Shown here piece after piece: positions 1-10,412 of a DNA stretch of 64,000 nt. Position 1 is the first letter of the stretch. Every line of letters begins with the position of its first letter. The stretch lies in NCBI GenBank assembly GCA_963664875.1, contig OY761611.1:2560001-2624000 (forward strand), given 5' to 3'. The DNA comes from Candidatus Kapaibacterium sp. GTDB lineage: Bacteria > Bacteroidota > Ignavibacteria > Kapaibacteriales > UBA2268. Both the position numbers and the translations under genes were made by a program. The notes beneath the pieces are model-generated. The model had not been told where the DNA came from. It did not search any database and worked only from the letters and a program-made list of their open reading frames with translations.

Positions 1-499
1 GCAACCTTTCTTCTAACTGAATATTTTTGATGCGGTATTTTTCTATTTCTGTAATATCTTTAATCAATATCACTACATTTTGAAGTCTTTCTTTTTTGAA
101 ATAAGGTACTACGCGAACTCTTACTGTGTGCTTGTCGGTCAAATTCCCCAGTAACTCTCCCTGAAATGTGTAAGCCTTTCTCTTTGCCAACTCCTGAGAG
201 CTCAAGGCAAACGTCAAATGCTCAAAAACATCAACATTTTGGTTGCTTCCTACCGAATCAAAGATATTAGCCTTTAGCAGATTGTTTCCTGATTGCGAAA
301 AAATAGCCTGGGCTTTGCTGTTAGCATTGATAATTTTATTATTTGTGTCGAGCATTATAATTCCACAGTCAATATTCTCATATATCTCGAATACAAGTGC
401 ATCACTGTTGGACTTATTTTTTCTTTGTAAAAAATATAAAACTCCGGCAAATGCAAAAAGCAAAAGCGAAGCAAAGAATGTAATATGTTCGAAACTCAT
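1..499 (-). CDS. N-terminal part of a membrane-anchored PAS-domain sensor protein (probably a histidine kinase); runs off the window
   Basis: Not in the ORF track. My translation from ATG 499 is open to the window edge: MSFEHITFFASLLLFAFAGVLYFL (TM helix)...IYENIDCGIIMLDTNNKIINANSKA...VVILIKDITEIEK, with typical PAS start and DITE end motifs. Confidence 0.7.
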   Translation of the reverse strand, partial: MSFEHITFFASLLLFAFAGVLYFLQRKNKSNSDALVFEIYENIDCGIIMLDTNNKIINANSKAQAIFSQSGNNLLKANIFDSVGSNQNVDVFEHLTFALSSQELAKRKAYTFQGELLGNLTDKHTVRVRVVPYFKKERLQNVVILIKDITEIEKYRIKNIQLEERL

Positions 500-813
500 A
501 TTTTTTAGTAATTTGTTTATACTTATCCCAATTTTCTATATAACAAATATTATTCAAATAAACTAATTATAAGCAGATACAATCTAATTAAATAGAGATG
601 TCCTTATTTCATGCAACATAGCCTCATTGGTAATATAAACTGATGTCGTAATAAAATTTAGGTAAGTAATTCAGGAATTTTGTAACAAAACAGCCCTTTA
701 GGTTGTATATAAATTGGATGTAACATGTTTTATTTAATATCTTTGTATTTATTGATGATGCAGTATATTGCTGCACGATTCGTCAAGGGAAACAAACAAA
801 AACGGAGTAAGAT

Positions 814-2085
814 ATGAGATTTATTCTATACATGCTATTGATATCAATATTGACATTAAACACATTTTCTCAGGAAATCGAACTCGGCAATTCTGAGCCA
901 TTTTACTTTGACGCTATTGTTTCAAAAGGTAAGGTTGCTGACTCTGCCAGAATTGATGTGTTTGTCCTTGTGCCGTACGAATCACTGATGTTCAACAACA
1001 ACAATCAGATATATGGAGCTAAATACAATCTCGTTTTATCTGTATTTGATGACAAAGGGCGTAAGGTATTTACTGAGAAACGAGACGAAACGATAGTAAC
1101 AAAAGACTACTTCAAGTCTCAAGGGCGAGACGCTGATTTCAAAGCCTCTCAGATTTTGTTTAATCTGCCTGCCGGCAATTATAATATGAAAATGGTACTT
1201 CGCGACGAAGTCAATAAAAACGAGAAAGAAAAAAGCAGAAATATGACTGTTCTTGATTTTGCAGCATTCCCATTTTCTCTGAGCGGCATAATGATTGTAA
1301 GCTCAATAGAGGAAAGAAACGGAAAGTTTGCTGCAACTCCGCATGTTAGTGATGACATTGGCGGGCTTACTGATGGCTTTTTCGCATTTTTTGAGGTTTA
1401 CAACGAAAAAGGCATTACGTCTGTTGACTTCGAATACGAAATTACTGACGAAACTGATCATCTGCTTTTTAGCAGCGAAAAAATAACCAAACCACTTGAT
1501 GGCAATAGAAGCCAGCAATATATCAAAATCCCAAGACTAAAAGATATGGTAACCGGAAAATATACACTAACCCTCAAAGCTAAATCCGGTGATGAAATAT
1601 TGGCTGCTGCCAAGAGATCTATAAAATTTTCTCAAACGATTGGCGGTATGGTCTTAAAAGATATAGATGAATCTATCAGACAATTGAAATATGTAGCAAG
1701 CTCAGAAGAGCAGGAAATGATGGAAAATGCAGCAGATGCTTCAACTAAACAAAAGCTCTTTATGGAGTTTTGGCAAAAACTTGATCCGACTCCTGCAACA
1801 GAACGCAATGAAGCATTCCAGCAATACTACTCGAGAATTGCATTTGCCAATCGAAAATTCAAATCGCACCGTGAAGGCTGGCTTTCTGATATGGGTATGA
1901 TTTATGTAGTTTACGGCACACCGCGCAATGCAGAGCGAGGCTCCCGCTATGGTGATTCTAACATATACGAAGTATGGACATACAAGAATAACAGGCAGTT
2001 TGTTTTTGTTGACAATTCAGGAATGAATGATTTCAGATTGGTTTCTCCAATGGGAGTAACAGAAAAATACAAATACGAAGAATAA
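814..2085 (+). CDS. GWxTD domain-containing protein
   Basis: Signal peptide; C-terminal FWQKLDPTPATERNE...RIAFAN...EGWLSDMGMIYVVYG signature; GGAG RBS. Confidence 0.85.
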   Translation: MRFILYMLLISILTLNTFSQEIELGNSEPFYFDAIVSKGKVADSARIDVFVLVPYESLMFNNNNQIYGAKYNLVLSVFDDKGRKVFTEKRDETIVTKDYFKSQGRDADFKASQILFNLPAGNYNMKMVLRDEVNKNEKEKSRNMTVLDFAAFPFSLSGIMIVSSIEERNGKFAATPHVSDDIGGLTDGFFAFFEVYNEKGITSVDFEYEITDETDHLLFSSEKITKPLDGNRSQQYIKIPRLKDMVTGKYTLTLKAKSGDEILAAAKRSIKFSQTIGGMVLKDIDESIRQLKYVASSEEQEMMENAADASTKQKLFMEFWQKLDPTPATERNEAFQQYYSRIAFANRKFKSHREGWLSDMGMIYVVYGTPRNAERGSRYGDSNIYEVWTYKNNRQFVFVDNSGMNDFRLVSPMGVTEKYKYEE

Positions 2086-2200
2086 GTGAACCTTTCTCTT
2101 TTTTTGTTCGTAAATTGTTTTAATTATGGTGATTTTTTATTTTTGTGTTTGAATAAATGTCGTGAATCGCGGTTAATATGAACTCGTGGGAGGTTTTTTA

Positions 2201-3238
2201 ATGTTTAGGTTTGCACATATCGAACTTTTGTGGCTTTTGGCAGTGCTTCCCGCCTTTTACTTTTTGTATGTTTTATTTAGGTGGAAGCGAAAAAAAGCCC
2301 TGGAAAATTTTGGTGATGAAGCTACTATCGCCAAATTGATGCCCAACACTTCAAAATATAAGCCGACAGTCAAAATGATATTATTTCTCTTTGCATCGGC
2401 TTTGTTTATCGTAGGTATAGCCAATCCTCAATTTGGCACCAAGCTTCAGGAAGTTAAAAGAAAAGGTGTCGAGGTGATGATTGCTCTTGACGTTTCTAAC
2501 TCTATGCTCGCAGAGGATTTGAAGCCAAATCGATTGGAACGTGCAAAGCAAGCTCTCAACAGACTTATTGACAAAATGGAAAATGACAAAATCGGGTTAG
2601 TAGTTTTTGCAGGCGATGCCTATTTACAGCTTCCTCTCACTACTGATTTTGCAGCTGCCAAGCTTTTACTTTCCAGCATTTCTACCAACATGATTGAAAC
2701 TCAGGGCACTGCATTAGGAGCGGCTATTGAGCTGGCGATGGATTCGTTTTCAGAAGAAAACAAAAAGCAAAAAGCACTTATCATTATCTCGGATGGAGAA
2801 AATCACGAAGACGATGCTGTGGGGATTGCAAAAAAAGCTCAAGAAAAAAACATCATTATTCACACAATCGGTATGGGCTCTGTAGATGGAGCACCGATTC
2901 CGATTTATCGCAATGGCGAGATTGCTTCTTATTATAAAGATAATGACGGCAGCACTGTTGTCTCGAAACTAAATTCAGGAATGCTCTCTCAGTTAGCAGA
3001 AGTAGCCGGAGGCAGATTTACACGGGCTTCGTTGGCAAACACAGAGCTTTCAGATTTGTTAGACGAAATTGCCGGTATGGAGAAACAGGAATTTGGCTCT
3101 AAGGAATATACAGACTATATCAGCAGATATATGTTCTTCATTTTACCTGCTTTATTGATATTTATACTTGAATTTATGCTCTCAGAATCTAAAAACAGAA
3201 TCCTTACTTCAATGAACCTTTTTGGAGGAGGTAAATAA
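2201..3238 (+). CDS. batB: VWA-domain protein BatB
   Basis: N-terminal TM helices, RKGVEVMIALDVSNSM (MIDAS DxSxS), FAGDAY, ISDGENHE; upstream of batCDE-like genes. ATG 2201 preferred over GTG 2186. Confidence 0.85.
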   Translation: MFRFAHIELLWLLAVLPAFYFLYVLFRWKRKKALENFGDEATIAKLMPNTSKYKPTVKMILFLFASALFIVGIANPQFGTKLQEVKRKGVEVMIALDVSNSMLAEDLKPNRLERAKQALNRLIDKMENDKIGLVVFAGDAYLQLPLTTDFAAAKLLLSSISTNMIETQGTALGAAIELAMDSFSEENKKQKALIIISDGENHEDDAVGIAKKAQEKNIIIHTIGMGSVDGAPIPIYRNGEIASYYKDNDGSTVVSKLNSGMLSQLAEVAGGRFTRASLANTELSDLLDEIAGMEKQEFGSKEYTDYISRYMFFILPALLIFILEFMLSESKNRILTSMNLFGGGK

Positions 3239-4119
3239 TGAGATTGCGCAAATATTTGAATATTTCACTTTTGGCTGCGGCTGTTTTGTTATCATTCCCT
3301 GCTGCAACTTATGCTGACAAAAAGGAACATACTCATTTAGAGAGAGGCAATAAGCTTTATAATGAAGAAAAGTTCGAAGATGCAGAAATTGAATACAGAA
3401 AAGCCAAAGAAGCACAAAAAGCATCTAAGATGGCAAAGTTTAATATCGGAGATGCTCTCTATAAACAAGGCAAATACGAAGAAGCTGCATCTTTTTTCGA
3501 AAATCTGACCAATGAAAAATTAGATGATAATACCAAATCTGCTGCTTTTCATAATTTGGGTAACTCACAACTCAAACAGCAAAAGTATGAAGAAAGTATA
3601 AAGTCATATAAAAATGCGTTGAAACTGAATCCGGATGACAATGAAGCAAGATATAATCTGGAATATGCAAAAACTAAACTTATTCAACAGCAACAACAGC
3701 AGCAACAAAACGAACAGAATAAAGATAAAAATCAAGAAGAAAAAGATAAGAATCAGCAAGACCAACAGCAAAATCAGGACAATAAAGACCAAAAGAATAA
3801 AGACAAACAGGATCAACAACAAAACAAAGACGGCAAAGATAAGCAGGATAAGAACAATAAAGATAAACAAAACCAAGACAATAAAGACAAAAAGGACGGA
3901 GATCCTAAAGACCAACAGCAACAGCAACAACAAAACGAGCAGAATAAGGATAGTGAAGACAAGAAAGAAAACCAAGCTCGTAAGAAAAACGAAATTTCTA
4001 AGCAAGATGCGGAGCGTATGTTAAAAGCATTAGAAAATGAAGAAAAGAAGCTTCAAAAAAATATAAAATTTGAAAAACGTAAAAAAGGTGAAGCCGCTAA
4101 TATCGAGAAAAAGTGGTAA
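3238..4119 (+). CDS. batC: TPR protein BatC
   Basis: Signal peptide, TPR repeats (GNKLY, FNIGDALYKQ, HNLGN), Q/N/K/D-rich linker, AERMLKAL and IEKKW C-terminus. Confidence 0.85.
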   Translation: MRLRKYLNISLLAAAVLLSFPAATYADKKEHTHLERGNKLYNEEKFEDAEIEYRKAKEAQKASKMAKFNIGDALYKQGKYEEAASFFENLTNEKLDDNTKSAAFHNLGNSQLKQQKYEESIKSYKNALKLNPDDNEARYNLEYAKTKLIQQQQQQQQNEQNKDKNQEEKDKNQQDQQQNQDNKDQKNKDKQDQQQNKDGKDKQDKNNKDKQNQDNKDKKDGDPKDQQQQQQQNEQNKDSEDKKENQARKKNEISKQDAERMLKALENEEKKLQKNIKFEKRKKGEAANIEKKW

Positions 4120-4168
4120 GTTGATTTTGGATTAAGTGTGGGTTTGGAAACTAATTATTTGAAAGGCA

Positions 4169-5980
4169 ATGAAAAAGTTAAGCAGTTATATAGTAGTTTT
4201 TTTATTGATGCTTGCTGCTGCCTATTCAGCAGAGTTCAAAGCGTCTTTAAATCAAAATCCTGTTACTCAGGGAGAAAGGTTTGCTGTGTCGTATTCCATT
4301 GACACAGATGCTTCTAACTTCAGAGGTCCGGATTTTAGGGGACTAAAAGTTATCTCCGGACCAAATACAAGCCAAAGTGTTCAAATAGTCAATGGAGCTA
4401 TGTCTCGCTCTCTGACTTATACATACTATGTTTACGCTGAGAAGGAGGGCACTTTCAATATTGCACCTGCAACAATCAGAGTAAACGGAGAAACTCTCAA
4501 ATCTAACAGCTTGGAAGTCAAAGTATTGCCTCCGTCTGAGGCGGAAAAGCAAAGAAGACAGGCTCAGCAAAACAGAGAGTCGCAAATTAGCACTCAGGCA
4601 AGAGACTTCCTTGAAAAGAACATATTTATCAACGCTAATATTAGTAAAAAGGAAGCATACATCGGCGAACCTATCAATGCTACATATAAGCTATATATCC
4701 ATCCTCAGGTTTCAATCATTGGAAATGATGAGTTCCAGCTTAGCTTTGATGGCTTCTGGGTTGATGATCTTGAGCTTGCTTCACGCTCCGCCGAAATCGT
4801 CAATGGCGTAAGGTATGATGTTTATGAACTCAAACGTGCAGTGTTGTACCCTCAAAAGACAGGTCAGCTTAAGATAGATCCTTTAGAGATGGGATTAAAA
4901 GCAAGACTTCAGGTACAAAGCAACCAAAGACGGAGAAGCCTTTTTGACGATTTCTTTAATAGAGGTGAGTTCCGTGATTTTGAATACAAGGCAAAGTCCC
5001 CGAGCGTAACTATTAATGTAAAAGATACACCTGCGGGAGCTCCTTCTTCATTCAGCGGAGCAGTTGGTGATTTCAAAATGGAAGCATGGTTTGACAACAC
5101 TCAAGGTTCAACAAATGAACCAATGTCTCTTAAAGTCAAAATCAGCGGCAAAGGCAATATGAAAATGATTGAGCCTCTAAATATCGAATTCCCGCCTGAT
5201 TTTGAAGTTTATGACCCAAAAACTTCTGACAACACTAAGGTTAGTCCGGGAGGAACCACCGGCAATAAGGTCTTTGAGTATTTGATAATACCACGCAACG
5301 CCGGTGAATTCAAGATTTCTCCGGTCGAATTTAGCTATTTTGATTTGAACGATAAATCATACAAAACTATAAGTTCCGAACCTTTTGTGCTACAAATAGC
5401 AAAAGGGAAAGATGCACCGGCAGGCGGTGTTGTCGCCGGAGTAACAAAAGAGGATATCAAATACTTAGGTAAGGACATTAGATTTATTAAAACAAATGCG
5501 AAACTTTACAAAGATTCGGAAAGCTTTTTTGGTACTACATTTTTCTATGTTATGCTTGTAGCTCCTATTGGTTTGGTATTTGTAGTATTTGTGGCAAAAC
5601 GTAAAAACGAAGAGCTATCAAAAGACAAAATGGCAATGAAAAACAGATTTGCTTCAAAAGTAGTCAAAAAACGTCTGGCTCTGTCTAAAAAGTATTTAGA
5701 CACTAACGACAAGGAAAACTTCTTTGATGAAATGTCAAGAGCTCTGTGGGGCTATTTGAGCGACAAGCTATCAATACCTACTGCAGAATTGACAAAAGAT
5801 AAAGCATCCGACGCATTAACCCGCAAAAATATAAAACCGGAGCTAAGCGAAAAGTATCTTTATATTATCGAACAATGTGAGTTCGCCAGATACGCACCTG
5901 CTGATATGGTACAAAATATGAATGAAATATACGAAGAAGCTGCTAAAGCGATAACTGAATTGGAAGGAGGACTCAAATGA
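4169..5980 (+). CDS. batD: BatD family protein
   Basis: SGPNTSQSVQIVNG, FSGAVGDF, FPPDFEVYDP, late TM helix, CEFARYAP. Confidence 0.88.
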   Translation: MKKLSSYIVVFLLMLAAAYSAEFKASLNQNPVTQGERFAVSYSIDTDASNFRGPDFRGLKVISGPNTSQSVQIVNGAMSRSLTYTYYVYAEKEGTFNIAPATIRVNGETLKSNSLEVKVLPPSEAEKQRRQAQQNRESQISTQARDFLEKNIFINANISKKEAYIGEPINATYKLYIHPQVSIIGNDEFQLSFDGFWVDDLELASRSAEIVNGVRYDVYELKRAVLYPQKTGQLKIDPLEMGLKARLQVQSNQRRRSLFDDFFNRGEFRDFEYKAKSPSVTINVKDTPAGAPSSFSGAVGDFKMEAWFDNTQGSTNEPMSLKVKISGKGNMKMIEPLNIEFPPDFEVYDPKTSDNTKVSPGGTTGNKVFEYLIIPRNAGEFKISPVEFSYFDLNDKSYKTISSEPFVLQIAKGKDAPAGGVVAGVTKEDIKYLGKDIRFIKTNAKLYKDSESFFGTTFFYVMLVAPIGLVFVVFVAKRKNEELSKDKMAMKNRFASKVVKKRLALSKKYLDTNDKENFFDEMSRALWGYLSDKLSIPTAELTKDKASDALTRKNIKPELSEKYLYIIEQCEFARYAPADMVQNMNEIYEEAAKAITELEGGLK

Positions 5981-6735
5981 GAAATTTAATGTTGTTTATA
6001 GCCATAATCTTCGTATTTGCTCTAAATCTTAATGCGGATATGGGAGATGATTTATTCAAAAAAGCTAACGACCACTATATGAAAGAAGAGTATTCGACTG
6101 CCATAGATAAATATGAAGAACTTTTAGATCAGGGATACAAAACCTCAGAGCTTTACTATAACCTTGGCAATGCGTATTTCAAATCGAATATGATTCCTTC
6201 GGCGATACTGAATTTCGAACGAGCTAAAAAGCTTGCGCCCGGCGACGAAGATATCAATTTCAATCTTAAAATTGCCAATTTGCAAACGATAGATAAAATC
6301 ACTCCAATTCCAGAACCTTTTTTTAGGGAATGGTGGCAGGGAATTAAAGGTATATTGTCCTCCGGGATGTGGGGAGCAGCCTCCGTTGTCGCTTTTTGGA
6401 TAGGAGCCTTTGCTTTTATTACTTTTCTTTACTCAGGCAGTACTTCTATCAAAAAAATAAGTTTTGGTCTGGCATCTGTTTTTGTCATTGTAACATTTGT
6501 TAGTTTCATCTTTGCCTTTCAGACTTATAACGAAGAAGTCAATGTAAAAGAGGCTATTGTTTTTGCTGAGAGTTCTTATGTAAAAACTTCGCCCGATGAA
6601 GCATCCACAGATTTGGTGATTTTGCACGAAGGCACAAAGCTCACAGTGCTCGATTCTTTAGGCGAATGGAAGAAAATAAAACTTCCTGACGGGAACATTG
6701 GTTGGATAGTTAAAACAGATATTGAAATGATATAA
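5977..6735 (+). CDS. batE: BatE (TPR + SH3-like)
   Basis: LYYNLGNAYFK TPR, two TM helices, LHEGTK...GNIGWI SH3b domain; ATGA overlap with batD. Confidence 0.88.
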   Translation: MRNLMLFIAIIFVFALNLNADMGDDLFKKANDHYMKEEYSTAIDKYEELLDQGYKTSELYYNLGNAYFKSNMIPSAILNFERAKKLAPGDEDINFNLKIANLQTIDKITPIPEPFFREWWQGIKGILSSGMWGAASVVAFWIGAFAFITFLYSGSTSIKKISFGLASVFVIVTFVSFIFAFQTYNEEVNVKEAIVFAESSYVKTSPDEASTDLVILHEGTKLTVLDSLGEWKKIKLPDGNIGWIVKTDIEMI

Positions 6736-6835
6736 GGTCAATTACGAAAGTCATTCCATAAAGAAGGCTTTAATGTTTAGTTTCTCTATGGTAAACTAAA
6801 TTCACCATCTCAAGAAAATTGACACTAGAACATAT

Positions 6836-6883
6836 AAAAACATCCCTTTGAGCTACTAATTTAATCAAAGGGATGTTTTTTTT
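6836..6883. terminator. Bidirectional intrinsic terminator between convergent batE and nrfA
   Basis: aaaaacatccctttga...tcaaagggatgtttttttt inverted repeat with A and T tails. Confidence 0.8.
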
Positions 6884-6907
6884 GATAGTAAAAACTGATA
6901 ATCAATC

Positions 6908-8383
6908 TTAGTACTTATACAAACTGCCTTGTCTGCTTTCAGCCTCCTTGTCCCATTCTTTAGTTACTGTTTCCAAAAGTTTTACTTTGTCAGCTCTGAG
7001 TTTTTCCATATCCAAACCTATATATTTCTGAGCTAATTCTTTTGTTGAAATGTCAGGTAGTTGAACAGGAATGGCAACTCCATGTTTCACAAAAATAGTG
7101 GCTAATATGCCTCTGGCTTTTTCTGCTTTTGAAATTGATGTGCCTATAACTCGCATTGCTTCTACAGGTGAATGGAAACCAACCCCGTTTGCTGCAGCTA
7201 CCCAATCCCAGCGCCATTGAGAATGGCGTATAAGTTTAAGTACAGGTGCCATTTCTTCCTCAGTAGCTCCGGCATCCCAAGCCATTTTTGCTTCAATATG
7301 TGCTTTTGCTAGTGCGTCTTCGGCAAGGCCTCGTAGCTCTAATAATTTATCCTGTCTTTCATAAACGTCTTTGAGTAATTGTTCTTCACTTTCCTTATGG
7401 CAGGTCTGGCAGGCATTTGCTATGTTTGCAAGTGGAGACTGGATGTGGTGGTCAGTAAATTTGACTCCGCCTTCTACCTTATAAGGCATGTGGCAATCCG
7501 CACAAGATACTCCACGCTTTGCGTGTACTCCCGTCATAAATAACTCATAATCAGGATGCTGAGCTTTAAGCATAGGAGTCCGGCTCAGTTTATGAGTCCA
7601 GTCAGTAAATTCTATATTGTCGTAATACTCTTCCATATCATCGGCAGAGAAGCCTTTATCCCAAGGGAAAGTTAGGTAATTGCCTGGCTTTGCGAAATAA
7701 TACTCCACATGGCACTGAGCACAAACTAACGAACGCATTTCGTTGTGTGTGAAATCTTCAATTTTTTTGCCTTGTCTTTCCATTGCTTCTACCAAGGCAG
7801 GTCTTGTGATAGTTAAGTCCATTGTGTTTGCGTCGTGGCAATCGGCACAGCCAATAGGATTGACTATTTCGTGTCCTTTTTCAATCCATTTGCCACTATA
7901 AAACTCTTTTGGGCCTACCTGTTTCATCATTCGAACTACGTCAGTACTTTTGCACGACCAGCATGTCGCAGGCATAGGACTCTCTTCTACTCCACCCGTT
8001 CTCAATGTGTTTCTTATATCCTTGACAGCCATTGCGTGTCCACGTCCCTGATTATAATCTTTAGAAAAGCCGTAGCCTGCCCACATAACAATCAGATTAG
8101 GGAATTCTTCGAGATAATCGCGCATGGAGGCACCGCCGTGTTTAGAACGGAAAGTTGTATCTTGTGTATTAAGATAAGTGTCAAATTCTCTTGGGAAATT
8201 TTTACCCCAGATTTCGTTCCTGTATTCGTTTTCGCCGATAGGTTCTACCATTTGCATTTTAGCAACTTTTTCCTGACGGCGCTCCATGATGCTGCTTGCC
8301 AGCATTATACCAAGAGCTACAATTACTACAGTCGCAAAGAAAAGCCCCCAATAGAGCCATTTGCTTGATTTTTCATTTGCCAT
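6908..8383 (-). CDS. nrfA: Ammonia-forming cytochrome c552 nitrite reductase
   Basis: Catalytic CWSCK plus four CxxCH (CADCH, CAQCH, CADCH, CQTCH); KAQHPDYE and HSQWRWD motifs. Confidence 0.96.
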   Translation of the reverse strand: MANEKSSKWLYWGLFFATVVIVALGIMLASSIMERRQEKVAKMQMVEPIGENEYRNEIWGKNFPREFDTYLNTQDTTFRSKHGGASMRDYLEEFPNLIVMWAGYGFSKDYNQGRGHAMAVKDIRNTLRTGGVEESPMPATCWSCKSTDVVRMMKQVGPKEFYSGKWIEKGHEIVNPIGCADCHDANTMDLTITRPALVEAMERQGKKIEDFTHNEMRSLVCAQCHVEYYFAKPGNYLTFPWDKGFSADDMEEYYDNIEFTDWTHKLSRTPMLKAQHPDYELFMTGVHAKRGVSCADCHMPYKVEGGVKFTDHHIQSPLANIANACQTCHKESEEQLLKDVYERQDKLLELRGLAEDALAKAHIEAKMAWDAGATEEEMAPVLKLIRHSQWRWDWVAAANGVGFHSPVEAMRVIGTSISKAEKARGILATIFVKHGVAIPVQLPDISTKELAQKYIGLDMEKLRADKVKLLETVTKEWDKEAESRQGSLYKY

Positions 8384-8401
8384 AATAAACCTCTATTTGA
8401 A

Positions 8402-8989
8402 TTATTTTAACATATTTTCTAACCATTCGGGAACTGCACGCTTCATCGAAGGCACTCGAGCGTACGGAGTAGAAGCCTGACTGGAAACCCTTCCGTGGGG
8501 CACTTCCCTGTGGCAATCCCAGCAGAGTTTGCCTTCGCCGTGCTTGTAGTTGTGCCCTGTAACGTTTGCAGCGGAAACAGGATTGACCTGATTGTAATGG
8601 CATCTCATGCAGTTATCCTGCACTACAGCCTTACCGGCTTCTTTGATTCTGATTACCTGAGGCTCTGTCCTTGTAGTAAATACATAAGCGTGCCTCATGC
8701 CGTCCTGTGCTTTAAACAGGTATGTGCGTAAAAGGTTGTCATGCGGAACATGGCAATCGTTGCAGGTGGTCCACTCTCTGTGGCTGCTGTGATTCCATGT
8801 AGCAAACTGCGGCACCATCACATGGCAGTTTACGCAGGTTTCCGGGTCGTCAGAAAGATACGAGGCTGCATTTGAGATGTAAAAAGTCCCAATAGCAAGC
8901 CCGACGATAACTCCTGTCAGCACAGTAGCTATCAGTCTCCAGCCCGGAGGAGGAATAAGCTTTCTGATGAGTGATTGATTATTCGCCAT
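8402..8989 (-). CDS. nrfH: Tetraheme quinol dehydrogenase, NrfH (NapC/NirT family)
   Basis: TM helix, YLSDDPETCVNCH, CNDCH, CMRCH, CWDCH; directly upstream of nrfA. Likely start ATG 8989. Confidence 0.95.
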   Translation of the reverse strand: MANNQSLIRKLIPPPGWRLIATVLTGVIVGLAIGTFYISNAASYLSDDPETCVNCHVMVPQFATWNHSSHREWTTCNDCHVPHDNLLRTYLFKAQDGMRHAYVFTTRTEPQVIRIKEAGKAVVQDNCMRCHYNQVNPVSAANVTGHNYKHGEGKLCWDCHREVPHGRVSSQASTPYARVPSMKRAVPEWLENMLK

Positions 8990-9313
8990 AGTATCTCTTG
9001 TAATTTGTGGATACATTATTTGATACATAATAAGAATAAAAAGTCTTAAATCAAAACAAAAATTTCAAAAAATATTACACTCCTCATATTTCTGTTTGGT
9101 AATACAAAGTTATTTCAATGATTAGATTTATTGCTCTAATAGAGGTATATCTTTAAGAGGTACAAATATTATTATAATATTTATAAAAATAACACTTTGG
9201 TATTTAATTATATTAGCGTAGGTTTATGCATAAGCGAAAATGGTGTATTGATGAACTAATGTCGCTTATATTCCATTATAAAACTTTATGTTGTTTAAAA
9301 AAAGAGAATTATC

Positions 9314-10159
9314 ATGAAATGGATTCTAACCGCAATGCTGCTCCTAAGTGCAGCCCCAATCTTTGCACAAGACTCTTTAGCATACGAAGAGTTGCCGGAA
9401 TGTTTTTTTGATCTCGATAGTATTTATATACTACGACTAACTGAATTAGAGAATAGCAATATACGTAAAATTGGAATAGATACATGTGGCAGTAGTGCAA
9501 TTATTGACTTGCCTTATTGGCCAATACCTGTAAATAAAAACTCAAGTATAAGACAATTAGAAGGTTATAGAAATCAGTTACTAAATAATTCAAAAATATA
9601 TAGTAATCAAATTATTGGACTTGCTTATGATGAGCATGGCAAGAGTATATTTAAAACTAATTACGCAACCAACGAGCTAAGACAAGTATCTATTGCAGAT
9701 ATAAAAGAAGAGTTTGTTGAAATAAAAGAAAGTTTCGGAATATTGAAATCTAAATTAGGAGAGTTCAACATATACATATATGGATTCAAATTAAGCTCTG
9801 AAAATGATTATATCCCACTTTCTTTTGCTTTAGTATTTGATCATTATACTTCTGTAGATTTTGCCTTAAAGGCTCTCGAAAAAGTATCAATATCATGTGA
9901 TGATGTTTGGTTTTATTCTCAACCAAATAGCGTTTTTGAAGAATTAGACTACAATATTGAAATTAATAATGGAGTTATTACTATTTCAAGCATATCACTA
10001 TTGACTAACATTCAGGTTTATAGCTTAAATGGAACCCTAGTAAAATCTATAGGTGATTTAAATGATAAAAGAGCTCTCATTAATATGAATGACTTAGTGC
10101 AAGGTGTTTACTTTGTGAGAATCAATAACCAAATTTATAAATATGTAGGTGTAAAATAA
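9314..10159 (+). CDS. Secreted protein with T9SS type A-like CTD, paralog A
   Basis: Signal peptide ending IFA-Q; C-terminal IQVYSLNG...GVYFVRIN...KY; paralog of 10413..11258. Confidence 0.75.
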   Translation: MKWILTAMLLLSAAPIFAQDSLAYEELPECFFDLDSIYILRLTELENSNIRKIGIDTCGSSAIIDLPYWPIPVNKNSSIRQLEGYRNQLLNNSKIYSNQIIGLAYDEHGKSIFKTNYATNELRQVSIADIKEEFVEIKESFGILKSKLGEFNIYIYGFKLSSENDYIPLSFALVFDHYTSVDFALKALEKVSISCDDVWFYSQPNSVFEELDYNIEINNGVITISSISLLTNIQVYSLNGTLVKSIGDLNDKRALINMNDLVQGVYFVRINNQIYKYVGVK

Positions 10160-10346
10160 TATCATCACAACTAATTTAGTTAAAGGTGGAAAATATCATA
10201 TTTATGATTTAAATGGTAATCAGGTTCTTAGTGGCGCTCTAAAACAAGGTATTGCTAATAATATTGATATTAGTAGATTGAGGAACGGAGTTTACTTTTT
10301 CAAAACCGTAAATAATTTTGTTAAATTTATGAAGGTAGCTGAATAA
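10155..10346 (+). pseudogene. Orphan, start-less T9SS CTD-coding fragment
   Basis: Open frame reads NNIITTNLVKGGKYHIYDLNGNQVLSGALKQGIANNIDISRLRNGVYFFKTVNNFVKFMKVAE*; no ATG or signal peptide at its 5' end. Confidence 0.65.
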
Positions 10347-10412
10347 TATCTTTATTTAGCCTTACATAGATACTAAATTATCCCATTTTTTATAAATTAA
10401 AGGATTAAAAAT

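Noticed and set aside
243-566. 107-aa plus-strand ORF
   Set aside because: Shadow of the minus-strand PAS sensor gene at 1-499.
3604-4024. Hydrophobic 133-aa minus ORF and 129-aa plus ORF inside batC
   Set aside because: By-products of the low-complexity Q/N/K/D linker that is normal for BatC.
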